Source: Mizuhopecten yessoensis (Eukaryota). From it: 64,000 nt of DNA. The stretch covers positions 64,775 through 128,774 of the forward strand of contig NW_018407245.1 in NCBI RefSeq assembly GCF_002113885.1, in the 5' to 3' direction. A program made the translations under genes and the position numbers. Numbering within the stretch: the first letter of the stretch is position 1; each line of letters opens with the position of its first letter. Positions 1 to 13,899 of the stretch are shown one piece after another. Below the pieces are notes generated by a model that was given only the letters and a program-made list of their open reading frames with translations, did no database searches and was not told the DNA's origin.

Positions 1-330
1 CTCTAGTAATGTCTGTTATAACCTGTAATTCTAGTAATGACTGCTTCTTATGTCTGCTGTAACGCAAGTTACATGTATGTACGCTGTTTACTTCTGGTGT
101 AAGGCTGGTAATGACTGCTCGGTATGTACTGCTGTAACGCTATTTATGTATACTGTAACCTGTTACTCTAGTATTGGCTGATAGTTATGCCTGCTGTAAC
201 GCTATTTATGTACACTGTAACTCTAGTAATGACTGTTGGTTATACCTGCTGTAACGCTATTTATGTATACTGTAACCTGTAACGCTAGTATTGACTGCTT
301 GGTTCGTCTGCTGTAACGCAGATTAATTAG
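1..330. repeat. Composite minisatellite (ctgctgtaacgcta / ctagtaatgactg subunits), truncated at window start
   Basis: Repeated subunits; a block of about 120 bp near 20-140 recurs almost exactly near 1450-1570. Confidence 0.85.
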
Positions 331-1070
331 TAATATCTGCTGTGTATATCTGGTAAACGCTATTAATATCTGCTGTGTATGTCTGGTAAACGCTAGTAAT
401 GTCTGTTGTGTATATCTGGTAAACGCTAGTAATATCTGCTGGGTATGTCTGGTAAACGCTATTAATGTCTGCTGTGTATATCTGGTAAACGCTAGTAATG
501 TCTGCTGGTTATGTATGGGAAACGCTAGTTATGTCTGTTGTGTGTGTCTGGTAAACGCTAGTAATATCTGCTGTGTATGTCTGGTAAACGCTAGTAATAT
601 CTGCTGTGTATGTCTGGTAAACGCTAGTAACGTCTGCTGTGTATGTCTGGTAAACGCTAGTAATGTCTGCTGGTTATATCTGGTAAACGCTAGTAATGTC
701 TGCTGGTTATGTATGGTAAACGCTAGTTATGTCTGTTGTGTGTGTCTGGTAAACGCTAGTAATATCTGCTGGGTATATCTGGTAGACGCTAGTAATGTCT
801 GTTGGGTATATCTGGTAAACGCTAGTAATGTCTGCTGGTTATATCTGGTAAACGCTAGTAATGTCTGCTGGTTATATATGGTAAACGCTAGTTATGTCTG
901 TTGTGTGTGTCTGGTAAACGCTAGTAATATCTGTTGTGTATGTCTGGTAAACGCTAGTAATGTCTGCTGTGACTGTTTGGTAAACGCTAGTAATGTCTGT
1001 TGGGTTTATCTGGTAAACGCTAGTAATGTCTGCTGTATATGTCTGGTAAATGCTAGAAATGGCTGCTGTC
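331..1070. repeat. 30-bp minisatellite (ctggtaaacgctagtaatgtctgctgtgta-like)
   Basis: About 24 tandem copies; generates the spurious CLVNASNVCC ORF 515-1090. Confidence 0.95.
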
Positions 1071-1394
1071 GTGTAAGTGATTTTCTTTAGATTTTCTTTG
1101 CTAACATCCTCTTTTCTCAACTCCTCCTCTCGTCTGTTATTTTGAACTGGTTATAAGACAAGGAAGCCTCTATCCTGATAATTCACATCTCAAAACAAAC
1201 AGGGAATTTATAAGCTTTTGCTTCGTGTGTTTGTTAAAAGTGCCAAACCGATAATGAACGTTTATTTGTATCTGACGAACTGAACACCAGTATTGACAAC
1301 AGTAGGTTTGGACATTTATACGTTCTCATTATCATCTGACGTAAATGTATGATAGGAAGAACTCAGTGCATGTTTTCTAGTTTGTGTGACAACA

Positions 1395-2300
1395 GGAATG
1401 TCTGCTGGTTATGTCTGCTGTAACCTGTAACTCTAGTAATGTCTGCTGTAACATGTAATTCTAGTAATGACTGCTTCTTATGTCTGCTGTAACGCAAGTT
1501 ACATGTATGTACGCTGTTTATTTCTGGTGTAAGGCTAGTAATGACTGCTCGGTATGAACTGCTGTAACGCTATTTATGTATACTGTAACCTGTAACTCTA
1601 GTAATGACTGCTGATTTGTCTACTGTAACGCAAGTTACATGTATGTACGCTGTTTATTTCTGGTGTAAGGCTAGTAATGACTGCTCGGTATACCTGTTAC
1701 TCTATAATTGATTGCATGGTATGTCTGCTGTAACGCTAGTTATGTACACTGTAACCTGTAACTCTAGTAATTACTGCTGATTATGCTTGCTGTAACGCTA
1801 TTTATGTACACTGTAACTCTAGTAATGAATGTTGATTATACCTGCTGTAACGCTAATTATGTATACTGTAACCTGTAACTCTAGTAATGACTGCTGATTT
1901 GTCTGCTGTAACGCTAGTTATGTATACTGTAACCTGTTACTCTAGTAATGACTGCTGGTTTGTCTGCTGTAACGCTAGTAACGTATACTGTAACCTGTAA
2001 CGCTAGTATTGACTGCTTGGTTTGTCTGCTGTAACGCTAGTTTTGTATACTGTAACCTGTAACGCTAGTATTGACTGCTTGGTTCGTCTGCTGTAACGCT
2101 AGTTATGTATACCGTAACCTGTAATGCTAGTATTGACTGCTCGGTATGTCTGCTGTAATGCTAGATATGTATTCTGTAACCTGTAACTCTAGTAATAACT
2201 GTTGGTTATACCTGCTGTAACGCTAGTTACGTATACTGTAACCTGTAACGCTAGTATTGACTGCTTGGTTTGTCTGCTGTAACGCTAGTTACGTATACTT
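1395..2300. repeat. Composite ~55-60 bp minisatellite, same family as 1-330
   Basis: Tandem tgtctgctgtaacgctagttatgtatactgtaacctgtaac(g/t)ctagta units. Confidence 0.9.
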
Positions 2301-4491
2301 TATAAAGAGGTATGGCGGAAAACTGCCCGTATTTCCCTAAGTCGGCATTTATGAAAACGGGGAACAAAATTAAGGAGTAAAACATTTCGTGTAGCAAAAA
2401 TGCATACAAAAGATACCAAACCAATTGAATATGAATTTTTAAACTACTGAGAAATAAGGTATTGCTAATATGATACTGCAAATATACCCATATACACTAT
2501 ATCTATGAAAATGATGAGGTTTCCCGGAGTTAAAAAAAATACTTTCAACACTTTCCTATCCGAGGACCAACTTTTGAATATGCAAAAACAAAGCGTATTA
2601 CGGAAAAGTGGTCCTCCTTTGGGAAAGTGCTCAATATAATGAAAAACAGGGGTGATCAAGTTTCTCTAAACTGCGACCGGTGTTTCTCGGGTCAAATAAG
2701 TTCGTAATTGCCAATGTGTAACGCAGTTTACTTGCGACTAGAAAGTAAACGGTGCAGGTTCGAATCCTCCTGAAAGTTTTTTTTTTTTTTTTTTTTTTTT
2801 AAATATTTAGGCATTTGATCATTTTCCTTAAAAAGGCAATGTTTTTTGGTTTTTTTAAATCGATGGAAGATTTTGTTTACATTTTAATAACATACCTAAT
2901 GATTTATCAGTTTTGTTTGTAATAATTTCTTAACTATTTAGTGCGACATACTTCTATCGAAGCATGTCAACAAATCCCTGTACACGTGTACAGTACATGC
3001 AGCTACGCTTTGTAGGTAAGACACTATTTTTGATGAAATTTATGAATTGTTTTACCCTCCAACTGGCAATAGTAATTATATCAAGTGCTTAAAAACCAAC
3101 AAATAATGCCGAAATACCAAATATGTGGTCTGTTTACAATAATCTATTCTTAGACACGGGCTTCCGATATTGCTACCTGTATAAAAATACCCGAGGACGC
3201 GTCATAACAGTGCACGGTTGGATGCGCGCACTGGCATAGCAACCCGCCATAATCTCTTTCTTTACTAATTCCCTCTTTTTCTGAACTCCCCTCTCTTCTG
3301 TTTATTTGTAATGGTTATATGACAATGACGTATCTTACCTGATGTAGACTTGCTTCGTGTGTTTCGTCAATAGTGCCAAACCGATAATGAATTTTTAATT
3401 GTATCGGACGAAATTAACACATGTATGTAGTGACAACAGGATAATTTGACAGTAACTTTCTCATTATCATCTGACGTAAATATGTGATTGGCAAAACTAG
3501 GCGCATGTTTATTCGTTTAGCCACTTATTTGTATTAAATGGTGTATAAAGAATGTACCAGTATTGTAATGACGTAAAATGTTATGGTGTCGTAGCGATAT
3601 TGATTCTGATTTTTAATTATCCCCACAAGACAGGCCATACAAACACACCTGTAACAAACGGGCAAGAGACTGAGATGTTAGCGGTCTTTATTCTAACATT
3701 GACGCCCGCTAAATCTCTAATCTAACACCTCGCCCCTGGCATTGTTCGCGTCCGTGGAGTCATAAAATCGTAGATCTCGACATTCAAATGCCTTTCAAAG
3801 GCCCGTAAACAGCCATTTGTGTTAAAAGCTTTACAAATGTATCTATCTTACTAAATGAAACGGGTGGGATTCTACCCCGCTTTGTCGTCATTGAATGTGC
3901 GGTATCGGTGTGTATCTTGTGTTTATCCCCGTCTACGTATACGGTTCCCCTTAGATACAGTTCGATCTGATCGACTGTAACGATACACACTCGTAAATAG
4001 GCACTATTTGTGTCTGGGTCCATTTTTTTTGTTCTGTACCAAATTCATTTGTATGGTAAATCTGTTAAATATATGCTAGACACGTGTGACTCTAAGTCAC
4101 AAATCATCGAGGCAATATAAAGCTAGTACTTCGACGTCGTTGGTAAGTTAAACATGTTGAAACAGTCATGGTGCCGCAATCATAATTAACTAAACGGCAT
4201 ATCCAACTATATTAACTTTTTCAGCAGACTTTTAACATACAAACTATTCCTTTTGAGTGTCAGTGTAAACAATCGGCGAGACAAATCAACAGTACTGCTT
4301 TGCTTAATTGGAATTATGTCCAGTGTGTTTTTGTTCTTGGGATGATTTACAGGAGAAATTCAATTTGTTTTAAAAGGAAATCTTTCCAAAGCGAATTGTG
4401 ACCTGTGCTCCTAGTTGGATGCTAATCGTCGTATTGTGTTCACAGTGAGGTTATCACATTATTCTTGTGGAAATAACAGTGAATATCGAAA

Positions 4492-5211
4492 ATGAGTAAA
4501 GTTGTCAAGAAGACAGACCGTAAGAAGTCGATGACGCGTGGTGATGGTGCCAAATCAGCCCGAAAACCAAGTCTGAACGTGGACAGAAAACAAAGCATAA
4601 AAACAGAAAGAAAATCCAGTGTTGATCCTGAAAGAAAACAAAGTTTGATGGTGGCAGATAGAAAATTAAGCATCAACTCTGAAGAGAGAAATATGTCGAT
4701 GGAAACTGCAGGAACACAACGAAAAGCGTCGACGTTTGCCGAAAGACGATCGTCAATTATCGGCGATACTCGGAGAGGGTCGATCTTAGAACCAATGATT
4801 GGGCGTTCGGCGCTTATAACGACGTCGGCACAAGGACAACGCCCCGTCAATATAATATTAGAAAACACATACAAAAATTGTCCTGACAAAGTAGTCCGGA
4901 ATGACGATATCAGAAGATGTATACAGGAAGTGTTCGAACAGGAGCTACCCGAAACAACTTACAGCGAGGAAGAGTGCTGCATTTTGTCCAAAAGATTGGC
5001 CGAAATGATCAAACAAAGCGTGAAATCGTTGGTACAGCGGCACAAAATCATTACTGTAGTGGCCCTTGGTCAGCGCCAGGACTACTCGCCATCGGTCGCC
5101 TTCACCAGTCGCTGCGTGTGGAACGCTAACTTCGACACGTTCTCAGAATATACGTACAAGAACACGTCGTTATACGCTGTAGGGCTGGTATATGTGTTGT
5201 ACGCTGAGTGA
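4492..5211 (+). CDS. Tctex1 domain-containing dynein light chain (TCTEX1D1/DYNLT5-like), paralogue A, single coding exon
   Basis: 239-aa ORF; C-terminal Tctex-1 domain (ENTY..P, HKIITVVALGQ, SRCVWNANFDTF, YKNTSLYAVGLVYVLYAE*); basic Ser-rich N-terminal extension. Confidence 0.9.
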   Translation: MSKVVKKTDRKKSMTRGDGAKSARKPSLNVDRKQSIKTERKSSVDPERKQSLMVADRKLSINSEERNMSMETAGTQRKASTFAERRSSIIGDTRRGSILEPMIGRSALITTSAQGQRPVNIILENTYKNCPDKVVRNDDIRRCIQEVFEQELPETTYSEEECCILSKRLAEMIKQSVKSLVQRHKIITVVALGQRQDYSPSVAFTSRCVWNANFDTFSEYTYKNTSLYAVGLVYVLYAE

Positions 5212-5949
5212 CAATGGCGGTAATTATAACATCAGGGTATTGGCAAGTCGAGCAAAATCACGGATATGTCTTCTGAATCTGACGAGATGTTTTGTGAAAA
5301 ATAGGTAAAAATGGCTGAACGTGTAAAAAACAGTATTGTGATACATTTGGTGTTATATGTATGTTTAAAATGTGAATTTTCACCGTTAACAAAGCATGTG
5401 GAACAGCGATTACCTATCTACACGTTACATTTGCCAGGAATCTTCAAGGTAATATCGGAAGATGGCGATATTCGGACTTCTTGCTCTCTTTCACACAAAA
5501 ATGGAAGTATGTGTTTTAATAATATTTAAACAAAAACATCTGAACCAATGTATAATATCAATACTAATCGCTACTCACGAGTGAATAAAAACTATCCCTT
5601 ACAAATAAATGCAAACTTAACCCAATATCATTTGTTAAGCAACTTATTTGTGTATAATTTAAAATTGTTAATATTTACTCTTTCGTTTCGAGAAAACAGT
5701 CGGATTAGGGAATCATCTGGATAACCGGCACAGGAATTATAACCCATGTATTTCAGCTGTATATTCGGTTTAAACCAGCTTTACGGATTAGCGAGGTTCC
5801 GCTGTAACTACATATAGGGCACTGGGTGTATGATAACGGAGGTAAGGAACCCAGTATAAAACACTACCTGTTATGGTTTAACTTGTGTCGAAACAGCATA
5901 AAATATAGTAGCTGTACGTACATGTAATGTTGCCCTAGCAGCTATTGGT

Positions 5950-6180
5950 CACAGGGACCTGAGAATTTGTCGACCAAAACTAAGGTGTGCAGAGTATTTT
6001 TACAAGTTTTAGGGGTTTAAAACAACTTTCGGTAAAAAAAAAAAACACAACCTCATTGAGAGTGGCATTTTTACCGAATATTTACCTAAACCCTTTAAAC
6101 GTGTAAAACTATGATAACTCTGAACACCTTAAAATAGTTTAGGTCCAAATATAGCTGTAACAAATTCTCAAGTGCCTGTG
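5950..6180. mobile_element. MITE with ~21-bp terminal inverted repeats
   Basis: cacagggacctgagaatttgt ... acaaattctcaagtgcctgtg; imperfect flanking duplication ctattggt/ctattgt; second copy at 19159-19355. Confidence 0.75.
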
Positions 6181-7579
6181 CTATTGTCGATTCCTGGTAT
6201 ACTATTCGTACTACTAAAAACTTCGCCCTATGTGAGCTCGTGTGTAGAGTAGATCGTAGATAGTTGAGTTACGTAAAGATGGTACCCGGCACCTACTATA
6301 CAGATAGGACTTTGATTTGATCAAAACGTTGACGAAAACTTCCCGACGGCTAATCGGTATACCACCGAAAACAAGATATAACAAAAATATTAGAGGTCCT
6401 AATTTAAGTGTTGAAGTTTGCAGTGGGATCAAGTTTTTCCCTTTCTGTGTCCCCAGCTATAGCTAAAAGGGGCCCACTATGACATCTCCAATCACCGAAC
6501 CCGCGATCGAGGATTTTCAACGTCAGATTATGATGCTATGACGTCACTGGCCCACACTGTGACAGCTTGAAGGTGGGTTAGCGCTACAATCAGTGGACCT
6601 ATCAACATCCGTAACAGTCAAACAGGTTTCGGACTAGACAGTTACTTCAATTTCATTCTGTGTTTACAAACTGCTGTTTTGGTTCTAAGCACTAAAATCA
6701 TCGTTTTTCATCGATAATTCTTTTGAAATGAAAATAAGAGAAAACGTCTAAGTCTTTGTTAATGACGATTTTTTAGCACCTAACCAAGATAATTAGGTTC
6801 CTTGATGTTAAACAGTGAGAAATAATTTCATAATTATACACAGTCCCAACCCATGTACATCTGTGTTTATTTTCCTATAATTTGACTTAGGTTTGTGTTG
6901 TTCCCCACCCTGACTACCTGTGTGCTTAAAGACTGAAAACAAAGTTTTGAATTCAATTTCCGAAATCGTGATAACATATGAATAGACTAAATGTACTAAT
7001 TATGATTAAGAGTATCATAAATCAAAGTCTTCACATTTCACTTTATTTTAAGAGCACATTTGTGTTAACCCTTGCAAGCGAAATCTCATGGACTTTGGTC
7101 CCATTACGTATAATTACGTAACTCTGCCACCAGTTTCCAATGGAAACCTGATCTAAAGATATAGAGACAATGGTCCCTGTCACATTGAACAAGTTTTAAA
7201 GGAATAACGACGTCTCTGTTGGGGGTCTATCTGGTTTTCATTCGGGTCACATGATATATTGGGGAAAAAATATAATATTTTAATTACATATAATGTTACA
7301 ATTTATAACGCCATCAATCATAATTAGGTAAGTAGTATGTTGTAACCCCGGTGACATGTTAACCATTAGGAATGTATTGGGAGGGTACACAGGCCGTACC
7401 ATAGATCTCATCTGATCATTATACATAGGTAAAAGTAGCGTACCAATTATCAGGCACGTACCCAGTACAACTTATCGGTCACGCCTACTCGTATCAATTA
7501 CATACATGAATGACATATGACAAGGTCGTCATCAACTGCATCGCAAAGGCTTAACAAACATACCAGTCTGAAATATATC

Positions 7580-7602
7580 ATTATGCGTCGTCGTCGTCTT
7601 CG

Positions 7603-7646
<44 letters not shown>

Positions 7647-7810
7647 AGCAGCCTCTGTGTCATTGTCGTCGTCGTCGCATACTCATTCCTCGTTTTCGTC
7701 GGCGTCGCCGTATAAATTGACGACTCTAACATCCCTTGTTGTCGTCGTCGGCGTCGTCTGATAAATTAGCGAATCCCAATTTGCCACATCTATTGTCGTT
7801 GTCGGCGTTG
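7580..7810. repeat. Compound trinucleotide microsatellite (CGT)n(CAT)n(CAG)n
   Basis: Directly visible runs. Confidence 0.9.
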
Positions 7811-9341
7811 TCATTCCAATACCGCTCTTTATCCAATATTCTGTTCAGTAATATGCAGCCTGTATAATCTAGTGTGTGAGCAGTACATTACGTTATCATT
7901 AACCAGATGAATACCATTTCATTCCAATTGACAAAACATGAATGGCGATACCACCCTATGAAAAGTAAGCATACACACAGCCGATATTTAAGTATTTACA
8001 TAGATTTCATATGCAGCCATTGTACTTTTCTGTGTTAGGTACCGTATATCACGATGTTCGGATCCATATATACCTAATTTACACATTTACAACATAGCGA
8101 ATGCTTGCCTTCGCAGGGGCTTGATAGAAAATCTCAAACTGTAAACTCATATTTCTAGATAAACTATAAAATACCTTCATTCTAATCTATTTTGAATTTG
8201 GAGCGATTTTTTTTTATCATAAAATGGTGTAAAAAGGCTTAATGTAGGCGTTTGGCCGTATTTAATAGGATTTTAAAGCAAAGATGGATGGGCTAGTAAA
8301 GTCCTGTCAATTATATATATATATATATATCATGTATCGGCAAAGAAGTAAAAACGACAGTGCAGATAAAACATGTATTAATCCTTATCAGTGCAGCTTT
8401 TGCTTTTTATATGAACGAAAGTGCGTCCCTAGGTTTTATTTATTGATTTCTGAAATAAATATAATTTATGATGTGCGATTTTAATAAGCATTCACGCAGT
8501 TATTATAGATAACTCAATACGTAGTTCAATAGATAAATAACATGCAATAATTCTACTGTGTGATTTGATATACAATACATGTCACAACACACTGACCTGA
8601 AAGATATGCCATTACACGCAATACACATTACTTCGTATATAAGAGGGATATACTTTTTATATCCGAGCCCCTGTGATAACTAGCAGGGATTTAACTGGCA
8701 TTAAGTGGCTGGTGCTATCTGCGTCGAGTGTCGTCAATATTCTCTGCTGTGGGTATTTACGTATATATTAGGATAACTCAGCCAGATTTTTATACCGGAT
8801 TGTTGATCGGCGGCTTTGTGATCTAATGCACAACAGATCAGTATATAGGTGACTGCGTGTATCGTAACTCGGGGATACCCGGGGTACCGAGTCAGTCGAG
8901 TCCAACGAATCACAATAGGAATCACAATCGTGAGATCTTATTTAAATTATATAGCTACATATACAGACCCATCTAAGGGCTAGGTCGGAATGTTTAAACA
9001 CAGAGAAACAAAGGTCGTCACTAAGTGGCTTTGTATGGAAGGCGAGGGAAATACGTTAAAATTGTTTCAGTTTTAATTTCATTGCCCGGACTACATTTAG
9101 ACAAGAGACAGTGATTAGTGACATACCAGCTGATTGGCGAGTTCACATGTGAAAGGATCAAACCAGGGACGACGTTCTTATAAGTGGTAATATTAACATA
9201 AACGAACCGTATTAATTTTCAATCGTGTACCGGTGAAAATTGGATTTTAATTGCGAGTGCCAGGTATAAGTATTACACTAATCTTACCGGGACAAAGGGA
9301 CTTAATTTGATCTTTAGAAAGTAAGTCCCTATATAGCAAAC

Positions 9342-9941
9342 ATGAGTACGAGCACTAGTAGTAAGAAACAGGACAGGAAAGCGGACGGAGCAGGACGGAA
9401 GCTGAGCACACTTCCTCCATCAGATGCTGCCACCCGGAAGTCCTCTTTAGAACTCACAGCACCGGAAAGTTTGGCTGTTCGGAGACCTTCTATTGACAAT
9501 AGAAAAATGTCTATTGTAGATTCCATCCCAGGTCGTTCAACGTTAATTATAACGTCAGCACACACGCAGCGTCCGAACGTCAAGTATGAAAACACTTTTA
9601 AAACAGAGCCGGACAAAAAAGCCCGGAGTGACCACTTACGTGACTGTATCAAGGAACTGTTCGAAAAGGAACTGGACGAAAAGACATATAACAAAGAGGA
9701 ATGCAGCAGCATGTCAAAGAGTTTGGCGGACAGATTAAAACAGCGCGTGAAAATGTTAGGTTTTTCTCGTTATAAAATCATCACAGTCGTATGTATCGGC
9801 CAGCGCGAGGAATTCAACCCTTCCGTAGCTTTCACGAGCAGGTGCATGTGGAGCGCGCAGTTTGACACTTTCTCACAGCACGTTTATAAGAACACGTCGT
9901 TGTACGCACTCGGCTTGGTGTATGCCATGTACGCCGAATGA
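9342..9941 (+). CDS. Tctex1 domain-containing dynein light chain (TCTEX1D1/DYNLT5-like), paralogue B, single coding exon
   Basis: 199-aa ORF; KYENTFKTEPD, RYKIITVVCIGQ, SRCMW..FDTF, YKNTSLYALGLVYAMYAE*; clearly homologous to 4492-5211. Confidence 0.9.
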   Translation: MSTSTSSKKQDRKADGAGRKLSTLPPSDAATRKSSLELTAPESLAVRRPSIDNRKMSIVDSIPGRSTLIITSAHTQRPNVKYENTFKTEPDKKARSDHLRDCIKELFEKELDEKTYNKEECSSMSKSLADRLKQRVKMLGFSRYKIITVVCIGQREEFNPSVAFTSRCMWSAQFDTFSQHVYKNTSLYALGLVYAMYAE

Positions 9942-10761
9942 TGGAGACTCCATGTTTAATTTTAATGTGTGTTAAAATAAATTGTTGTGAAAAATGCAAG
10001 TGCCAATGTCGATGTCATTGCCTATTTATATTTTTTCGAAGAGACTTCCGTTTCCGTAAAGACTTGGCCGGAAGTCCACGACACCGGAGTACGCAGTCGT
10101 GTCTTGTGGCGCCTTTTTACTGTTACTGGAAGAGCTAACTTGTCTTCTTGTTTTCTCACTGATTCTCTCAATGGATGGTTTACCATGTTCTTGATTCGTA
10201 ATTACTTGAAATGGGATCTTGTCCTTCATATAATCTGTATACAAAGGACATGACAGTGCGATATCAAGATTTACTGTCTGGGAAACGCAGCTTTTTATTT
10301 CAAAATCGGAAATTTGTAAGTGTTAATTTGACATTATGAGAAGGCGCCTTGCCCTGCTTAGACTGTACTTATATAATAATGAGTGGAATCAACAGTAATC
10401 ATGTCATTTAATTTCTTACTTATTCTTACTATAAAAGCCATAAAACACTTATAATTGATGTAACAAGTATTGGTGTGTTTTTTTGTCAAGAGAAGGGATG
10501 CACTACAGTGTATATGATTGATCTTCGAACTCTCATGCAGGTCTCATTTCTAGTCTTATCTACCCCCTCCACGCACATTTAACGATTTTTATTACGACAT
10601 ATATTGAGATATGAATCGTCTATGTAATCCCTTGGTGTCTCTCATATCGGGGTCCAGTCTGTCATAAATCAACTTTGTACAACCTACATACCGAAATGAT
10701 AAGCACACGGGTCATGACATCTGTTGAATAATATGCTTAAATTTATTATAACACTGTTCAG

Positions 10762-10927
10762 GGCCCGTATTCATGAAACCATTATCATGTTCAAGCATTG
10801 ATTTTGTGCTCAAGCCTAATTTCTTGTTCCGGTTATAAATTGATAAAAAAAAGTTACAAGAAAGTTGGTTTGAGCACAGAATCCGTGCTTGATTATGAGA
10901 ATGAGAACGGTTTCGTGAATATGGACA
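10762..10927. mobile_element. MITE, PIF/Harbinger-like
   Basis: Inverted ends ggcccgtattcatgaaacc / ggtttcgtgaatatggac, with CAG on both flanks. Confidence 0.55.
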
Positions 10928-13899
10928 CAGGTCACAGGCCTCGACAGAAATAAGATTTAACATATTTTAACTGATCGAAATAGCTATCCCGTGTAAGTTG
11001 CACACATTCAAGCTAAACCTGCACCGCGTGTCAATTTAAAAGCCTATTGGATCGATTCTTCTGTAAAGACTCCGAGAATTAATCAATTTTGCTTTAAAAA
11101 AAAAAAAGGATATTTAAGGCTTGGACAAATATATAGCTGAATTTTTATACCTGTATTGCCTTAATTTATTAAATTGGCCACCACTTAAGGTAATTTGAGA
11201 AAGATGTGTGTATTCCATACTATGGAATATACGTCAATGTGATTTTCAGGGTGAATGGTTCCTACTAAATTTGTAAAAACCTAGTTGTGATTAACGAAGC
11301 AGTGCGTTGTGTGTGTGGATCACTGATACAGTCTTATGTATTAAAAGTGGTACATTTAAATCATCCGATATAGTACAGTAAAACTTCTATACCAACCGTG
11401 GTACGACTTACCAACCTTATTTTTTTTTTTTATTAAATGTTGATTCTGGAATTCATAAAATTATAAAGGACATCTTAAATTTACAACCCAGGTCCGGGTA
11501 TCCATTTGCCAAGCGTACACCCAATGTTTGTAACGGGTTGGACACAGGCTCCACTGTAACAGGAGAAAGAGAAATGCAACGGCCAGACAAAGGTTCGAAC
11601 CCGGGACCATGCGACGCATAAAATATATTTCTTTAAAAGAGAGATTTTATATGATAGGTGATATATGTTATATGTTATTGAAGGTATCTTATGCATTGTA
11701 TGAGACATATCGTATGCTATATTAGATATCATATTTAGTATATATTTTATATAATATTTAAAATACATAGCTTTTCATTCTTTATAAGTTGTCCCATAAA
11801 GAAATTAAACGAAATATTTAACTTTGTTACTTATTACATTTTATTTTACAAGATATCATAAAATACATGATATCATGTTTAGCTGAAATAATGTTACTTT
11901 TATGATCTCTCTTTTGTAGAACGATATTTCCTCGCTTATTTAATGTAAAGAGTATAATATTGTACGCAATATTAATGTTATATAGTATAGGACATACATA
12001 TTGTAAGAGTGTATACAGTGTATTTTAGAGTGCAGTATATGTGGTGCAGAAAATGTACAGTATGTATAGAAAAATTCATAGTATTGCTGACGTAAACAAT
12101 ATATCTATTGTATTACAGTATAGTGTATACAACTCACTGTAATACAATGTGTATTGTGTGTACACTATGTAGGGTAAACATTATATATGTAGTACGCTAT
12201 ATAATTTGTATACGACACTATACACAGTTTATACTTTTGTACAGTTTCTACAACATGTAGAGAACACACTTTATAATGTATAAAAGTGTAGAAAGAACAG
12301 CAGGTATTCTGCATACAATGTAAAGAGTATAGTTAGTGTATGCACTGTGTGTTTGATATACATTATACACACTGTATACATTGTGTGTAGTTGTATTTCC
12401 GTGTTTTCTATCCAGACTTTTGGTTGTATTAAAGACATCACTTCCCGAGGCACGTTTCAAGGTATTAGTTAGCTAGGCTAAGATTATAATTATTTCTACA
12501 TTACGTTAAGTATATACTGTGAGACATTTTCCAATAGTTTGTTTAGCCAACATAAATCTGGTATTATAAACGTCTTATAAAAGCGACCAAACGCCATATC
12601 AGTTGTCGGGTGGTTTAACCGCTCTACAAAGCGCCGTTAGGGAAGATCCCATATTTTTGTATAAATAATTTCTGATCTTGACAGTCTGATCCTGAATAAA
12701 AACGGTGTTATGATTTCATAATTACCGTGATCATATTTTAATCATATATAATCAGTTAATCACGATTGAAATATGTTTTAAACAGCAAAGAAAAATACTA
12801 TTTAGAAGTTTATTGACGTGACATCAAGCTAACAGTACTTTGTACAATTGTACCGGCGTACTGCCTCTTATTATGGATCAACTTACAAACACAATTAGCC
12901 AAGAACGGTTTGACTATTCAGACCACAAAGAAGGAATTGTTTTAAAGTTAGGTATATAGGTATTTCAGCGCTTTGTTAACTTGTCATTGTTAAGTGAGAA
13001 ATGGACTGGAAGCTAAATGACAAACGACCAATCAGTACCGGACATACAATGTATTACAGATTACACAGGGAGACAGTCCGTGGAATTGTATTTAAGTATG
13101 TGTTGAACAGTCGGAGTCATGTGCACTAAACAATATTAGGTTCTAATTTTTGTTTGTTACAAAAAGGTATTTTGGTAAAATGAGAGCATTGCATTGAGAT
13201 ACAAACCACACAGTTTGTGTAGATAGCAACGACACCATACGTATACTTGTGTAGGTAACCACCTAACACAGTTTGTATATTTCAACGACAAATTTCTGGA
13301 ACCAGATTCAAGAATGATATGTAAAGTAAAATTCATGGTAGCAACACGTCATTTTCATATATCTAAACAAATTTAAAATCATTGTATAGCAAATCAGAAA
13401 TTGTCCAGTGTTTATCTGAAACGACCTCAGATTCTTAACCGCTGTTCAACATCCAGCAGTAGTGTCAGGAAACCGGTAAAATATTCGTCATAAATCTAAG
13501 AATGAGTTTGTGGAGGTTTGTTATATCATATATCTATGCTGCCATCTGATTAAAATGAATATGGTATTCAGCAGGAAAATCTATAAATTTTCTATTTATT
13601 ACATATTAAAGCGAAGGAACATATGACAATGATTTTTTTACTGATTCTAAAAAGGAGAGTAGCGTAATCTTAAACGCCATATTATAATGACGTCACGTTT
13701 GACAATAAGACTGCGCTGTTTTGAAGAAACTACTCAACGAAATTTCACAGTTTTCTGCTATAATCTGGTCAGATTTGCTAACACATTGTTATGATTTGTG
13801 TTGTTTAGTATAAGTATCTTTTTTTATGTAGCAAAGATGTACCAAAACAACAAATTATTTATTAGTCGGTTCATTTGTTATTGAACAGAAAATCTGCGG

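Noticed and set aside
515-1090. 191-aa Cys-rich ORF
   Set aside because: Translation of a 30-bp minisatellite; no unique sequence
2715-2800. tRNA-like GGTTCGAATCC followed by poly-T
   Set aside because: No convincing cloverleaf; probably a SINE or transposon fragment
7517-7732. polyH/polyQ and polyM ORFs
   Set aside because: Trinucleotide microsatellite translations
4440-9712. Antisense ORFs 4440-4889 and 9329-9712
   Set aside because: Shadows of the Tctex coding strands
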